A stretch of DNA of 64,000 nt from an uncultured Gammaproteobacteria bacterium (GTDB lineage: Bacteria; Patescibacteriota; Microgenomatia; Daviesbacterales; UBA10151). Below, in pieces: positions 37,924-47,694 of the stretch; positions within the stretch are counted from its first letter, which is position 1; each line of letters starts with the position of its first letter. The DNA is taken from the NCBI GenBank assembly GCA_964406775.1, contig CAYOSW010000004.1:7392-71391 (forward strand). The letters are read 5' to 3'. The notes beneath the pieces were generated by a model. It was given only the letters and a program-made list of their open reading frames with translations. It had not been told where the DNA came from and did not search any database. The translations under genes were made by a program, and so were the position numbers.

Positions 37924-39705
37924 ATGGAACAAGGACAGGTAAAACTGTCTTTGTTTTTCACTATGATTCTACTAATAATTTTCGCATTTCTGGCAGGAAT
38001 CGTCACAATTCTTTCGCCCTGCATTCTGCCGATACTTCCGATAATTTTATCCTCGGGCTTCGGTACAGTCCAAACAGGAAAGGGAAGGCCTCTTGGCGTT
38101 ATCACCGGCTTCATTTTAAGTTTTACTTTTTTCACCCTATTTCTCTCAACAATAGTCGGCGCTATCGGAATCCCGGCAGATTATTTAAGACTTTTTTCCG
38201 TTGCAGTAATTGCTCTTTTTGGAGTATCTATGCTTATCCCGAAATTCCAAATATTTTTAGAAATTTTGTTCTCAAAACTGTCGCAATTTTTACCCCAATC
38301 CCAAAATAGTACCGGCTTCGGCGGAGGAATAATAATCGGACTATCTCTCGGACTATTATGGACTCCTTGTGTGGGACCTATACTTGCATCAGTAATTTCT
38401 CTGGCCATTACGGGCGCTGTGACACTTGATGCATTCTTCATTACTTTAGCGTATTCCTTGGGAACTGCAATCCCGATGTTCTTTATAATGATTGCCGGCC
38501 AAACTGCTCTGCGTAGAGCTCCCTGGCTTTTAAATAACGCCTCAAAAATTCAACAGGGTTTCGGAATTCTAATGATACTTACGGCAATAGCCATTTTCTT
38601 TAATTTTGACCGCAATTTTCAAACATTCATCCTCAATACTTTTCCCAATTACGGAACCGGTTTGACAAAATTTGAAGATAATCCCCAAATTCAAAACGCT
38701 TTACAGAAGCTGTCGGGGGAAACAGTAGAGGAAGAGAATGTCGGGAAAGCTATGTTCGACCTGGCTCCAAAAGGAGATCCGGCTCCGGAGATTATTCCCG
38801 GCGGAGAGTGGTTTAACAGCCCCCCCTTAACTATGAAGAGCTTGCGGGGGAAAGTTGTTTTAATAGATTTTTGGACATACTCCTGTATCAATTGCCAGCG
38901 GACTTTGCCCTATTTAAAATCTTGGTGGGAAAAGTACAAGGATAAAGGATTGGTAATTATCGGTGTTCATTCCCCTGAATTTGAATTTGAAAAAAATCCC
39001 AAAAATGTTGAAAAAGCTATCGCCGATTTTGGGTTAACTTATCCGGTAGTGCAAGACAATGATTTCTCCACTTGGCGCGCCTATAAAAACCGTTTCTGGC
39101 CGGCTAAATATTTAATAGACAAAGATGGCAATATTAGGTATACCCACTTTGGAGAAGGAGCTTATGATGAGACTGAAAAAGTTATTCAGGAACTCTTAGC
39201 AGAGACAGGTTCTGATGTCACTCAAACCCAAATTAGTAATCCAACATATGAAAATTATGCTAAAACTCCTGAACTCTATCTTGGGTATTGGAGGATTGAA
39301 GCTTTATCGTCACCTGAATTTATCGTCAAAGATGCCGGCGCTTTGTATACCTCTTCTCTTACTCCGCCTGCTAACAAATTTGGGTTATCAGGTGAGTGGG
39401 ATGTTATGGAGCAATACTCTAATCCAAAAAAAGATTCGTTATTGTTTTTGAATTTTGACGCTAAAGAAGTTTTTTTAGTTATGCGGTCAAAGGATGGAAA
39501 AACCGCTGGCAAAGTCAAAATATATTTGGATAACAAACCTGTTTCCGAAGCCGATTCAGCTGGAGTTGATGTTAAAGACAGCGTTGTTACAGTAACCGGC
39601 GACACTCTCTATAAATTAATCAATCTCCCCACCCCCGGCCGTCATATTTTAAAACTGGAATTTTTGGATAGTAACACTGAAGTTTATGCTTTTACTTTTG
39701 GCTAG
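37924..39705 (+). CDS. CcdA/DsbD-type thiol-disulfide transporter fused to TlpA/redoxin-like thioredoxin domain
   Basis: N-terminus LAGIVTILSPCILPILPIILS is the CcdA signature with Cys, followed by 6 TM helices. Mid-region FWTYSCINCQRTLPYL is the redoxin CxxC. A C-terminal region of about 180 aa has unknown fold. Confidence 0.8.
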   Translation: MEQGQVKLSLFFTMILLIIFAFLAGIVTILSPCILPILPIILSSGFGTVQTGKGRPLGVITGFILSFTFFTLFLSTIVGAIGIPADYLRLFSVAVIALFGVSMLIPKFQIFLEILFSKLSQFLPQSQNSTGFGGGIIIGLSLGLLWTPCVGPILASVISLAITGAVTLDAFFITLAYSLGTAIPMFFIMIAGQTALRRAPWLLNNASKIQQGFGILMILTAIAIFFNFDRNFQTFILNTFPNYGTGLTKFEDNPQIQNALQKLSGETVEEENVGKAMFDLAPKGDPAPEIIPGGEWFNSPPLTMKSLRGKVVLIDFWTYSCINCQRTLPYLKSWWEKYKDKGLVIIGVHSPEFEFEKNPKNVEKAIADFGLTYPVVQDNDFSTWRAYKNRFWPAKYLIDKDGNIRYTHFGEGAYDETEKVIQELLAETGSDVTQTQISNPTYENYAKTPELYLGYWRIEALSSPEFIVKDAGALYTSSLTPPANKFGLSGEWDVMEQYSNPKKDSLLFLNFDAKEVFLVMRSKDGKTAGKVKIYLDNKPVSEADSAGVDVKDSVVTVTGDTLYKLINLPTPGRHILKLEFLDSNTEVYAFTFG

Positions 39706-39755
39706 CTCGCCCCTTTTCAGCTATTTTTAAGCATCCGGAGTATAATTCATAGCTA

Positions 39756-40415
39756 ATGAGAATTCTTGTTGTGGAGGATGAACATAAAATCGCTACGTCC
39801 TTAAAAAAAGGTTTGGAACAGGAAAGTTACGCTGTTGACCTGGCTTTTACAGGTACTGAAGGATACGACTTAGCAGCAAGCGAAAATTACGATTTAATAA
39901 TTCTGGATGTCATGCTTCCGGGAATTTCCGGAATAGAAATTTGTGCAAAATTGCGGGGAGCAAATATTCACACGCCGATACTAATGCTGACCGCCCGGGG
40001 ACAAACAGGCGATAAAGTCCAGGGACTTAATTCAGGGGCTGACGATTATTTAACTAAGCCTTTTGCTTTTGAGGAATTGCTTGCAAGAATTAAAGCACTC
40101 TCCAGAAGACCTACAAAAACTACCGGATCGGTCTATAACGTAGCGGATTTAAAATTGGACACTATTACTTATGACGTAAAGCGTGGGGATAAAAAAATTA
40201 ACCTGTCTTCAAAAGAATTTTCTCTTTTGGAATATCTGATGCGCAATAAAAATACGGTTATAAGTAAGGATCAAATCATTGAACACGTTTGGGATTACGA
40301 TTCGGATATTTTACCTAATACGGTTGAGGTATTTGTCGGATATTTACGGAATAAGCTCGGAAAACCGGATTTAATTACAACGGTAAGAGGGTTTGGATAT
40401 AAGATAGAGGGATAA
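39756..40415 (+). CDS. OmpR-family response regulator
   Basis: MRILVVEDE...DLIILDVMLPG receiver domain plus a C-terminal winged-helix (KLDTITYDVKRGDKKINLSSKEFSLLEYLM). Confidence 0.9.
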   Translation: MRILVVEDEHKIATSLKKGLEQESYAVDLAFTGTEGYDLAASENYDLIILDVMLPGISGIEICAKLRGANIHTPILMLTARGQTGDKVQGLNSGADDYLTKPFAFEELLARIKALSRRPTKTTGSVYNVADLKLDTITYDVKRGDKKINLSSKEFSLLEYLMRNKNTVISKDQIIEHVWDYDSDILPNTVEVFVGYLRNKLGKPDLITTVRGFGYKIEG

Positions 40416-40416
40416 T

Positions 40417-41448
40417 ATGTTTGACAGGGCAAGACTTAAACTTACCGGATTTTATTTACTGATTATTATGTTAATCAGTATCTCTTTCAGCTTTTTCATT
40501 TACAGATTTTTAACATCTGAAATAAACCGCGCGTTGAATATGGAAAAACTTCACCAGATGGGAGTTTATTACCCCGCAAAGAGATTTATTTTTTTTAACG
40601 ACAATGACACCGTTACAAAAGGAATTGTAATCACTCCCCCGAGCACAGAGATACTCGAGGAAGCAAAACAAAGAATTCTCTATATCCTGATTGCTGTTAA
40701 TCTGGGAATTTTCTGTTTGTCCGGAGCAGCCGGATATTTCCTTGCCGGAAGAACTTTAAGACCGATCAAACAAATGGTTGATGAGCAGAACCGTTTTATT
40801 ACCGACGCTTCCCACGAGCTCCGAACTCCTCTTACATCTTTAAAATCGGAGATCGAAGTAAATTTAAGGGACAAAAAATTAACTCTTTCAGACGCCAGAA
40901 AAATTCTGGAAAGCAATCTTGAGGAAGTTAATAATCTTCAATATTTATCCGACAATCTAATTAAACTCGCTCAAACTCGTAAACCGAACGGATTACAGCT
41001 CAGTAGAGTGTTTGTTCTAAATATCGCAAAATTAAGTATAAAGAAGGTTGAGAAGTTGGCTGCAAAAAAGAAAATAGATATAAAAAGTGATATTGACGAT
41101 ATAGTTCTTAAAGGAGATCCTCAAAGCCTAACCGAATTATTCGTTATCTTTTTAGATAATGCAATAAAATATTCACCTGAAAAATCTCAAATAGACTTTA
41201 ATGTAAAAAGATCGCGCGGCAATGCCGTTATCGAAATTATTGACCGTGGAATTGGCATAGAAGAAAAAGATATGCCATTGCTTTTTGAAAGATTTTACCG
41301 GGCAGACCAGGCACGAAGTAAGGACGGATTCGGACTCGGACTCTCTATTGCAAAAGATATAGTCGATAAACACGACGGATCTATTGAGGTAAAGAGCAAA
41401 ATTAATAGAGGAACAACTTTTAAAATCAAACTGCCTCTAAAACACTGA
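40417..41448 (+). CDS. Sensor histidine kinase (HisKA + HATPase_c)
   Basis: Two TM helices, H-box DASHELRTPLTSL, and G-boxes DRGIGIEEKD / GFGLGLSIAKDIV. ATGTTTGA overlap with the response-regulator stop. Confidence 0.85.
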   Translation: MFDRARLKLTGFYLLIIMLISISFSFFIYRFLTSEINRALNMEKLHQMGVYYPAKRFIFFNDNDTVTKGIVITPPSTEILEEAKQRILYILIAVNLGIFCLSGAAGYFLAGRTLRPIKQMVDEQNRFITDASHELRTPLTSLKSEIEVNLRDKKLTLSDARKILESNLEEVNNLQYLSDNLIKLAQTRKPNGLQLSRVFVLNIAKLSIKKVEKLAAKKKIDIKSDIDDIVLKGDPQSLTELFVIFLDNAIKYSPEKSQIDFNVKRSRGNAVIEIIDRGIGIEEKDMPLLFERFYRADQARSKDGFGLGLSIAKDIVDKHDGSIEVKSKINRGTTFKIKLPLKH

Positions 41449-41510
41449 TAGTCTTAAGCTTTCCTTCAGATTAAATTGATAAATTATCTTTAAAGATTGG
41501 GGGTGATTAA

Positions 41511-41996
41511 ATGTTTAAGAAAAAAGTGTTTTTTCCTATTTTAGCTTTGGCGATAATAGGGACAGCAGTTGCCACGAGCGGTTTTGTATCGGCTCAGGAC
41601 ACTAGCGGACCGAATTCTTTAGTCTCGGCAATAGCTCAGAAATTCAATCTTAACGAGTCCGATGTTCAATCGGTTTTCGATGAACAAAGAGCAAAACACC
41701 GGGAAGAAATGAAGGCGAATTTGGAGCAGAAGCTTACAAAAGCAGTTGCAGACGGAAAGATAACAGAAGCTCAGAAAGCGGCAATACTGGCTAAAATTAC
41801 AGCGAATCAGGCTGACAAACCCGATTTCGGAGAGTTTAAAAACTTAACTCCGGAACAGAGGAAAGCCAAGATGGATGAGAAGAGAACCGAGATGGAAAAT
41901 TGGGCTAAAGAAAACGGGCTGACGCTCGATACACTTCACGACCTGATTGGAGGTCCAGGCAGGTTTGGAAAAGGGATGATGTTTAAGCTGCATTAA
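41511..41996 (+). CDS. Secreted LTXXQ-motif protein (CpxP/Spy/ZraP-like periplasmic stress protein)
   Basis: Signal peptide. Helical and charged, with ITEAQ and LTPEQ (LTXXQ-like) motifs. It lies immediately downstream of the two-component system. Confidence 0.45.
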   Translation: MFKKKVFFPILALAIIGTAVATSGFVSAQDTSGPNSLVSAIAQKFNLNESDVQSVFDEQRAKHREEMKANLEQKLTKAVADGKITEAQKAAILAKITANQADKPDFGEFKNLTPEQRKAKMDEKRTEMENWAKENGLTLDTLHDLIGGPGRFGKGMMFKLH

Positions 41997-42007
41997 TCTT
42001 TTCTACT

Positions 42008-42040
42008 CAGCTCCCGGCTCGAGACGGGAGCTGTTTTGTT
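42008..42040 (+). terminator. Rho-independent terminator
   Basis: CAGCUCCCGGCUCGAGACGGGAGCUG is a perfect 11-bp stem, followed by UUUUGUUG. Confidence 0.6.
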
Positions 42041-42120
42041 GTACAATACCTTTTCACTGCTCAGTATTCTGCTCAAATAAATTTCAGCTTGCTTTCAGTT
42101 TTATAGGATAAATTATATTT

Positions 42121-43395
42121 ATGCCGGATCCGATTTTGGGCAAAGTTAAAAACATATTCAGGAATAGATTAGTCACAGCTATTATTTTGATTGCGCTAAT
42201 CGGCGGAGGCTATTTGGTTTATAAAAACTATTTCGTATCGGAGCAAGAAATTGCATATCAATCGGCAGTGGCTGAAAGAGGTACTTTGGTTTCATCAATT
42301 TCCGCTTCCGGAAAAATCACCCAGGGAAATAGTTTGAATATTACCTCGCAGGCAACGGGGGTTGTCAGTAAACTCTACTTCAAAAACGGCGATACCGTTA
42401 CAAAAGGGCAAACCATCGCCGAAATCACTCCGGATTTAAATTCGGCTCAAAACCAAGCACAAGCTTGGGCTGCTTATGTCAGCACCTCAAACAATTTAAA
42501 AAATTCGGAAAACAATGTCCGCAATACTCAGGCCTCACTTGATAAAACACTGGATGACATACATTTATTCCAATACGGAAACGGCGGATTTGCCAATGTC
42601 GGAACAGGAAACGAAACAATGGAGCAGCGCGAAGCAAGGACTAGCAAAGAAGTTGCCCTAAATAACGCTCAGAATAATTTAATTTCGGCTCAGGCCCAAA
42701 TCGCATCAAGCTGGCTTGCATACCAGCAGGCTTCGACCATCATAACCGCGCCTTTTGACGGCATCGTCAGCGCGATGACAATTTCCGAAGGTTCAACAAT
42801 CACCGCCGGCTCGTCTAACGCAACAACCACCCCGTCGCAAACATTGGGTGCCTTAATTTTGCCTAATGCCCGGCTTCAGGCAAGCGTTAATTTGACTGAG
42901 ATTGACGTAACAAAAGTTAACGCCGGACAAAAAGTAACTCTCACTATGGATGCATTTCCCGGAAAAACTTTCACTGGAAAAGTTTTAAGTATCAACACCA
43001 ACGGATCGGTCTCGTCAGGGGTCACAACATATCCCGCGGTTATCGAATTTGACACCGAAGCCCAAGGCGTTTACCCCAATATGGCGGTTAGCGCGACAAT
43101 TATTACTGCGGTTAAAGATAACGTAATTTTAGTTCCAAGCGCGGCCGTTACCAAATCCGGAGATCAATCTTCGGTCAAAGTTTTAAAAAGCGGACAGCCT
43201 GAAACCGTCAATGTCGAAACAGGAGATACAAACGATACTCAAACCGAAATAGTTTCAGGCGTTAACGATGGCGATGAAATTATAACCGGCTCAACAGGAA
43301 CTACCTCAACGACTTCAAATTCAACCTCCCCGTTTGGCGGATTAGGAGGAAGAACAGGGGGAGGAGCGGGGCGCGCGGTCTTTATTGGCAGATGA
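42121..43395 (+). CDS. Efflux transporter periplasmic adaptor (membrane fusion protein, MacA/HlyD-like)
   Basis: N-terminal TM, coiled-coil and lipoyl/beta-barrel-like regions. Gly/Thr-rich C-terminal tail. Upstream of MacB-like ABC genes. Confidence 0.75.
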   Translation: MPDPILGKVKNIFRNRLVTAIILIALIGGGYLVYKNYFVSEQEIAYQSAVAERGTLVSSISASGKITQGNSLNITSQATGVVSKLYFKNGDTVTKGQTIAEITPDLNSAQNQAQAWAAYVSTSNNLKNSENNVRNTQASLDKTLDDIHLFQYGNGGFANVGTGNETMEQREARTSKEVALNNAQNNLISAQAQIASSWLAYQQASTIITAPFDGIVSAMTISEGSTITAGSSNATTTPSQTLGALILPNARLQASVNLTEIDVTKVNAGQKVTLTMDAFPGKTFTGKVLSINTNGSVSSGVTTYPAVIEFDTEAQGVYPNMAVSATIITAVKDNVILVPSAAVTKSGDQSSVKVLKSGQPETVNVETGDTNDTQTEIVSGVNDGDEIITGSTGTTSTTSNSTSPFGGLGGRTGGGAGRAVFIGR

Positions 43396-43398
43396 TAT

Positions 43399-44103
43399 AT
43401 GATTCAGCTCAAAAACATATCCAAGATTTACCAAACAGGCAGTGTTGAAGTAAAAGCGCTGGATAATATCTCTTTTGAAATAAAAAAAGGCGAATTTGTT
43501 GCAATAATGGGTCCTTCGGGATCGGGAAAATCGACATTAATGCATATCTTAGGCGCTCTTGACTCCCCCACTTCCGGAGAATATTTTCTGGATGGCGGAA
43601 ATGTCAGCCTCCTAAAAGATGACGAGTTAGCTGAAATCCGCAATAAAAAAATAGGTTTCATTTTCCAAGCTTTTAATCTCCTCCCCCGGCGCTCGGCTTT
43701 GAAAAATGTAATGCTGCCGATGATTTATGCCGGCATCCCCAAAAAAGACCGTGAACAAACAGCCAGAAAATATCTGGAAATGGTCGGGCTTGGCAACAGA
43801 CTCGACAATACTTCTAACCAACTTTCCGGAGGACAGCAGCAAAGGGTAGCAATCGCCCGAGCACTAACTTTAAATCCTTCCATCCTATTGGCAGATGAAC
43901 CGACCGGTAACATTGCCTCAAATCAGGCTCAGGAAATAATGAAAATTTTTGAAGAATTAAATAATCAGGGACATACCGTCGTTATGATCACCCACGAACC
44001 CGATATTGCCGAACACGCCAAAAGAATTATTTTCATCCGCGACGGAAAAATAGAAAAAGATGCAAGTTCTCATAAACGAAAGAGGTCACTTGGAATACAC
44101 TGA
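43399..44103 (+). CDS. ABC transporter ATP-binding protein (MacB/LolD-like)
   Basis: Walker [10 protein letters not shown], signature [15 protein letters not shown], Walker B ILLADEPT. Confidence 0.9.
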   Translation: MIQLKNISKIYQTGSVEVKALDNISFEIKKGEFVAIMGPSGSGKSTLMHILGALDSPTSGEYFLDGGNVSLLKDDELAEIRNKKIGFIFQAFNLLPRRSALKNVMLPMIYAGIPKKDREQTARKYLEMVGLGNRLDNTSNQLSGGQQQRVAIARALTLNPSILLADEPTGNIASNQAQEIMKIFEELNNQGHTVVMITHEPDIAEHAKRIIFIRDGKIEKDASSHKRKRSLGIH

Positions 44104-45313
44104 AATTTTATCGGAGGCCGTCGGGACATTAACAGTTAATAAATTAAGAACCGGGCTAGCAACTCTCGGAATAGTCATCGGTATCGGTTCCGTTATCGCC
44201 TTAATTTCCTTAGGTCAGGCAAGCTCGCAAGCGATCCAATCACAGATCCAATCTTTAGGATCCAATCTTTTAACCGTCCAGCCGGGAGGACAATCGCAAG
44301 GCGCAGTTAGAGGCGCGGCGGGAGGAGGTTCAACTTTAACTTTAGCCGATGCCAACGCAATCAAAACTTCCCCTCAAATTACAACAGTTTCAAACGTTTC
44401 CCCTGAATTTTCCAGCCGCTCTCAAGTAACAACCGGGAGTTCAAACACCAACACCCAAATTATCGGCGTTACTCCCGAATATGCACTAATCAGAAAAACC
44501 GAAATGGAAAGCGGAAATTTTATAACCGAGTCAAATGTTAATTCCTTATCAAAAGTCGCGGTCTTAGGGCCGCAAGTCGTAGCCGATCTTTTCGGTGAAG
44601 GCGCAAATCCTCTCGGTCAAAGCATCAGGATTAATGGCCAGACTCTAACGGTGATTGGCGTAACAACCTCAAAAGGAGGTACCGGATTCCAAAATCAGGA
44701 TGATATTATTTGGGTTCCCCTCTCCACCGCGCAAAAGCAGCTATTCGGTTCGGATTATTTATCATCGATCGCGGTTGAGGCAAAGTCTGCCGACAAGATG
44801 GTCGACGCCCAAAACGAAGTGGGATATTTGCTTTTATCCCGTCATAAAATCGCGGACCCTGCGGACCGGGATTTCTTTATCTTTAATCAGCAGGATTTAT
44901 TAAATACAGTTTCCCAAACCACCGGAACTTTTACAACTCTTCTTGCCGGAGTTGCGGCAATTTCGTTACTAGTCGGCGGAATCGGAATTATGAATATTAT
45001 GCTCGTAACCGTAACAGAAAGAACCCGGGAAATCGGACTCAGAAAAGCTCTCGGCGCCAAGAAAAAAATAATCGTCACCCAATTTTTAGTTGAAGCGATA
45101 ATTTTAACTTTTGCGGGAGGGATAATCGGCGTCGGAGTCGGAATACTTGCCTCTTATTTAATAGCAACTTTTACCGGCTCGCCTTTTGTTGTTTCGATAC
45201 AATCGATCGCTCTTGCCTTCGCCGTTTCTGCAGGGATAGGTATTTTATTCGGCTGGTACCCCGCCCGCCGCGCTGCTAATTTACAACCGATAGAAGCTCT
45301 GAGATACGAGTAG
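44060..45313 (+). CDS. ABC transporter permease, FtsX/MacB-type (4 TM + periplasmic domain)
   Basis: N-terminal TM (LATLGIVIGIGSVIALISLG), a large periplasmic domain, and a C-terminal 3-TM bundle. The true start is probably the TTG at about 44090 after SD AAAGAGG. The ORF-track start at 44060 overlaps the ATPase gene. Confidence 0.8.
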   Translation: MQVLINERGHLEYTEILSEAVGTLTVNKLRTGLATLGIVIGIGSVIALISLGQASSQAIQSQIQSLGSNLLTVQPGGQSQGAVRGAAGGGSTLTLADANAIKTSPQITTVSNVSPEFSSRSQVTTGSSNTNTQIIGVTPEYALIRKTEMESGNFITESNVNSLSKVAVLGPQVVADLFGEGANPLGQSIRINGQTLTVIGVTTSKGGTGFQNQDDIIWVPLSTAQKQLFGSDYLSSIAVEAKSADKMVDAQNEVGYLLLSRHKIADPADRDFFIFNQQDLLNTVSQTTGTFTTLLAGVAAISLLVGGIGIMNIMLVTVTERTREIGLRKALGAKKKIIVTQFLVEAIILTFAGGIIGVGVGILASYLIATFTGSPFVVSIQSIALAFAVSAGIGILFGWYPARRAANLQPIEALRYE

Positions 45314-45314
45314 C

Positions 45315-45776
45315 TTACGTGCGAGAGAAGTTGATTATGTATTTAGTTATAAACTTTACAAGGGCTTGGAATACATTCGCCCTATCAGCCATTTCGGAAT
45401 TAGAAACATCAAATGCAATTTCGTAAAGAACTGTCGGAGGTACGTCTAGCCATTTACCATTAAAACTTAAAAAAACTAACAGTGCCATCACAGCTACCCT
45501 TTTATTCCCATTTTTAAAAGGGTGATTTTTTATTAAAGAAAAGAATAGAATTGCTGCTTGCTCAGCCAACGAAGGGTAAAGAAACTTACCATCAAACATC
45601 TGCTTCGGAGCACCAAGCGAAGACTCTAATAAATTATTATCCCTTGTGGAGTAATCTGGAATGGGTTCTCCGTATGACATTAACTCTCTCGCCATATCGA
45701 AGCAAAGAAATTCGAAATCTTCTGACTCTATCCAATGGAAATTATGTTGCTGCAAGTCTTCTGAAAGTTTCTGCAT
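45315..45776 (-). CDS. doc: Doc (death-on-curing) / Fic-family toxin
   Basis: HPFKNGNKRVAV matches the Doc variant of the Fic motif, HxFx(D/N)GNKR. 153 aa. Confidence 0.8.
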   Translation of the reverse strand: MQKLSEDLQQHNFHWIESEDFEFLCFDMARELMSYGEPIPDYSTRDNNLLESSLGAPKQMFDGKFLYPSLAEQAAILFFSLIKNHPFKNGNKRVAVMALLVFLSFNGKWLDVPPTVLYEIAFDVSNSEMADRANVFQALVKFITKYIINFSRT

Positions 45777-45935
45777 ATTGTTTTATTCCGCGCTTAACAG
45801 CCTTTTTTATTATTCTAGCTTTTACTGGATTTTTAGTTTCGTACTGTTTATTTGTTGTCTTGTTCATACCCTTTATGATAACACATTATTGATAAGTTAT
45901 CTTTTAAGCATTTTCTCAGATTCCTACCTATATAA

Positions 45936-46407
45936 TATGTTGAAGATGAAAAAAGAAATTTTATATCCGGTTATTACTGCCGTTATTGTCGGTGCCGTCG
46001 CTTTTTATGGCGGGATGCATTACCAGCAATCAAAAAGAGCTGCCTTTTTTGCGGACGGAAAAGGCAACTTTAACTTCCAGGGGCAGGGTGGACGGATGAT
46101 GGGCGGGAACGGCAGCGGACAGGGCCGCGGAGGTATGATGGGATCCCGCCCAACCGTCGGAGAGGTAATTTCTTCGGATGATAAATCAATCACAGTCAAA
46201 TTAGATGACGGTTCAACTAAAATCGTTTTAATTTCGGAGAGTACAACGATTAATAAAACCGATCCCGGTTCAAAAGCTGATCTGAAAGAGGGAACTAAAG
46301 TTGCGGTTTTCGGTACCGACAATAACGGCACGGTTACCGCCCAAAGCATCCAACTCAATCCGCAAATCCGCACTTTCCAAAGCTCCCCCAGCGCTTCGCC
46401 CAAATAA
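45936..46407 (+). CDS. Membrane-anchored secreted protein with Gly/Met-rich linker and DUF5666-like beta domain
   Basis: The likely start is MLKMKKEILYP with a TM helix, then QGQGGRMMGGNGSGQGRGGMMG, then a repetitive beta-rich segment (SITVKLDDGSTKIVLISESTTINK...). The upstream part of the ORF-track frame is discounted. Confidence 0.4.
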
Positions 46408-46435
46408 TTAATTCCTCTACGGTGTTAAAATTAGA

Positions 46436-47620
46436 ATGATGAGACTTCTTCTTGTTGTAATTATCGTTTCGCTTTTGATAGTTGCCGGTGCAATTCATTA
46501 TTTTTACCCGACTCTTTACGGAATAATTCCCGATAAATCCGCAGATATTCCTAAACTGAATCTTCTCCCCAGCCCGGCCCCAACAGGCGGAGATGAAAAC
46601 GGAATCCCGGATGCCGATATTCCCGCAGAAACTATAGTTACTGAAGGACTCGACACTCCCTGGGCAATTGCTTTTTTACCCACCGGGGATATGTTGGTTA
46701 CGGAAAGAAAAGGAACTATCCGGTTAGTTACTAAAAACGGACAGCTAGGGGAAGATCCCGTCTCAACGATTGGAAGTGTAAAAGAAATCGGGGAAGGCGG
46801 ACTTTTAGGAATTGCGCTACATCCGGATTTTGAAAAAAATAATTATGTCTATCTCTACTACACTTTTTCCGCCGAAGGAGACAGCACTAAAAACAGGGTA
46901 GTCAGAATGAAGTATGACAATGGGAAATTAATTAATGAGGAAATAATTCTCGACAAAATCCCCGGAGCCTCTAATCACAACGGCGGAAGAATCAAATTCG
47001 GACCCGATAACTTCCTATATATAACAACCGGTGATGCTCAGGAACCATCTCAAGCTCAGGATAAAAATTCTCTTGCCGGAAAAATCTTAAGGGTGACTCC
47101 GGAAGGAAAACCCGCTCCGGACAATCCTTTTAATAACGAGGTCTATTCCTACGGTCACAGAAACCCGCAGGGAATTGCCTGGGGAAAATCCGGAATAATG
47201 TATGAAACGGAACACGGCCCATCAGGCGGGAGTTTGGGAACCGGTAACGACGAAGTCAATGTAATTAGACCGGGTGATAATTACGGCTGGCCCGTTATTC
47301 AGGGAGATCAGACTAAAGAAGGAATGGTTACACCGAGTAATAATTCTACTCCGTCAGTTGCCTGGGCTCCCGGTGGACTGGCTGTTATCGATAATAAACT
47401 ATACTTCGGAGGTTTACGCGGGCAAGCCTTATATTTGCAGTACCCTGAGGACGAAAGCTTAATTTTTAAAGAGTATTTTAAGGGAAAGTACGGAAGGATC
47501 AGAGAAGTTATTCTCGGACCGGACAATATGCTTTATATAGCCACAAGCAACCGCGACGGAAGAGGAATGCCCAATAAAACCGATGACCGGATAATTAGAA
47601 TCAATCCTTCAAAGCTCTGA
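46436..47620 (+). CDS. PQQ-dependent soluble sugar (glucose/sorbosone) dehydrogenase-like beta-propeller
   Basis: LDTPWAIAFLPTGDMLVTERKGTIRLV and later HNGGRIKFGPD and YSYGHRNPQG segments are typical of the GSDH family. N-terminal TM/signal. Confidence 0.7.
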   Translation: MMRLLLVVIIVSLLIVAGAIHYFYPTLYGIIPDKSADIPKLNLLPSPAPTGGDENGIPDADIPAETIVTEGLDTPWAIAFLPTGDMLVTERKGTIRLVTKNGQLGEDPVSTIGSVKEIGEGGLLGIALHPDFEKNNYVYLYYTFSAEGDSTKNRVVRMKYDNGKLINEEIILDKIPGASNHNGGRIKFGPDNFLYITTGDAQEPSQAQDKNSLAGKILRVTPEGKPAPDNPFNNEVYSYGHRNPQGIAWGKSGIMYETEHGPSGGSLGTGNDEVNVIRPGDNYGWPVIQGDQTKEGMVTPSNNSTPSVAWAPGGLAVIDNKLYFGGLRGQALYLQYPEDESLIFKEYFKGKYGRIREVILGPDNMLYIATSNRDGRGMPNKTDDRIIRINPSKL

Positions 47621-47694
47621 GACCTTGACCTATATTGATATATTTTTAGATTATTGACGGCTTACGTATTCCCCGTAGTATAAAACTATTATCA

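Noticed and set aside
44060-44103. 44-nt overlap between ABC ATPase and permease genes as a programmed feature
   Set aside because: It is more simply explained by an over-extended permease start. A TTG with an AAAGAGG SD at about 44090 gives a normal coupled arrangement.
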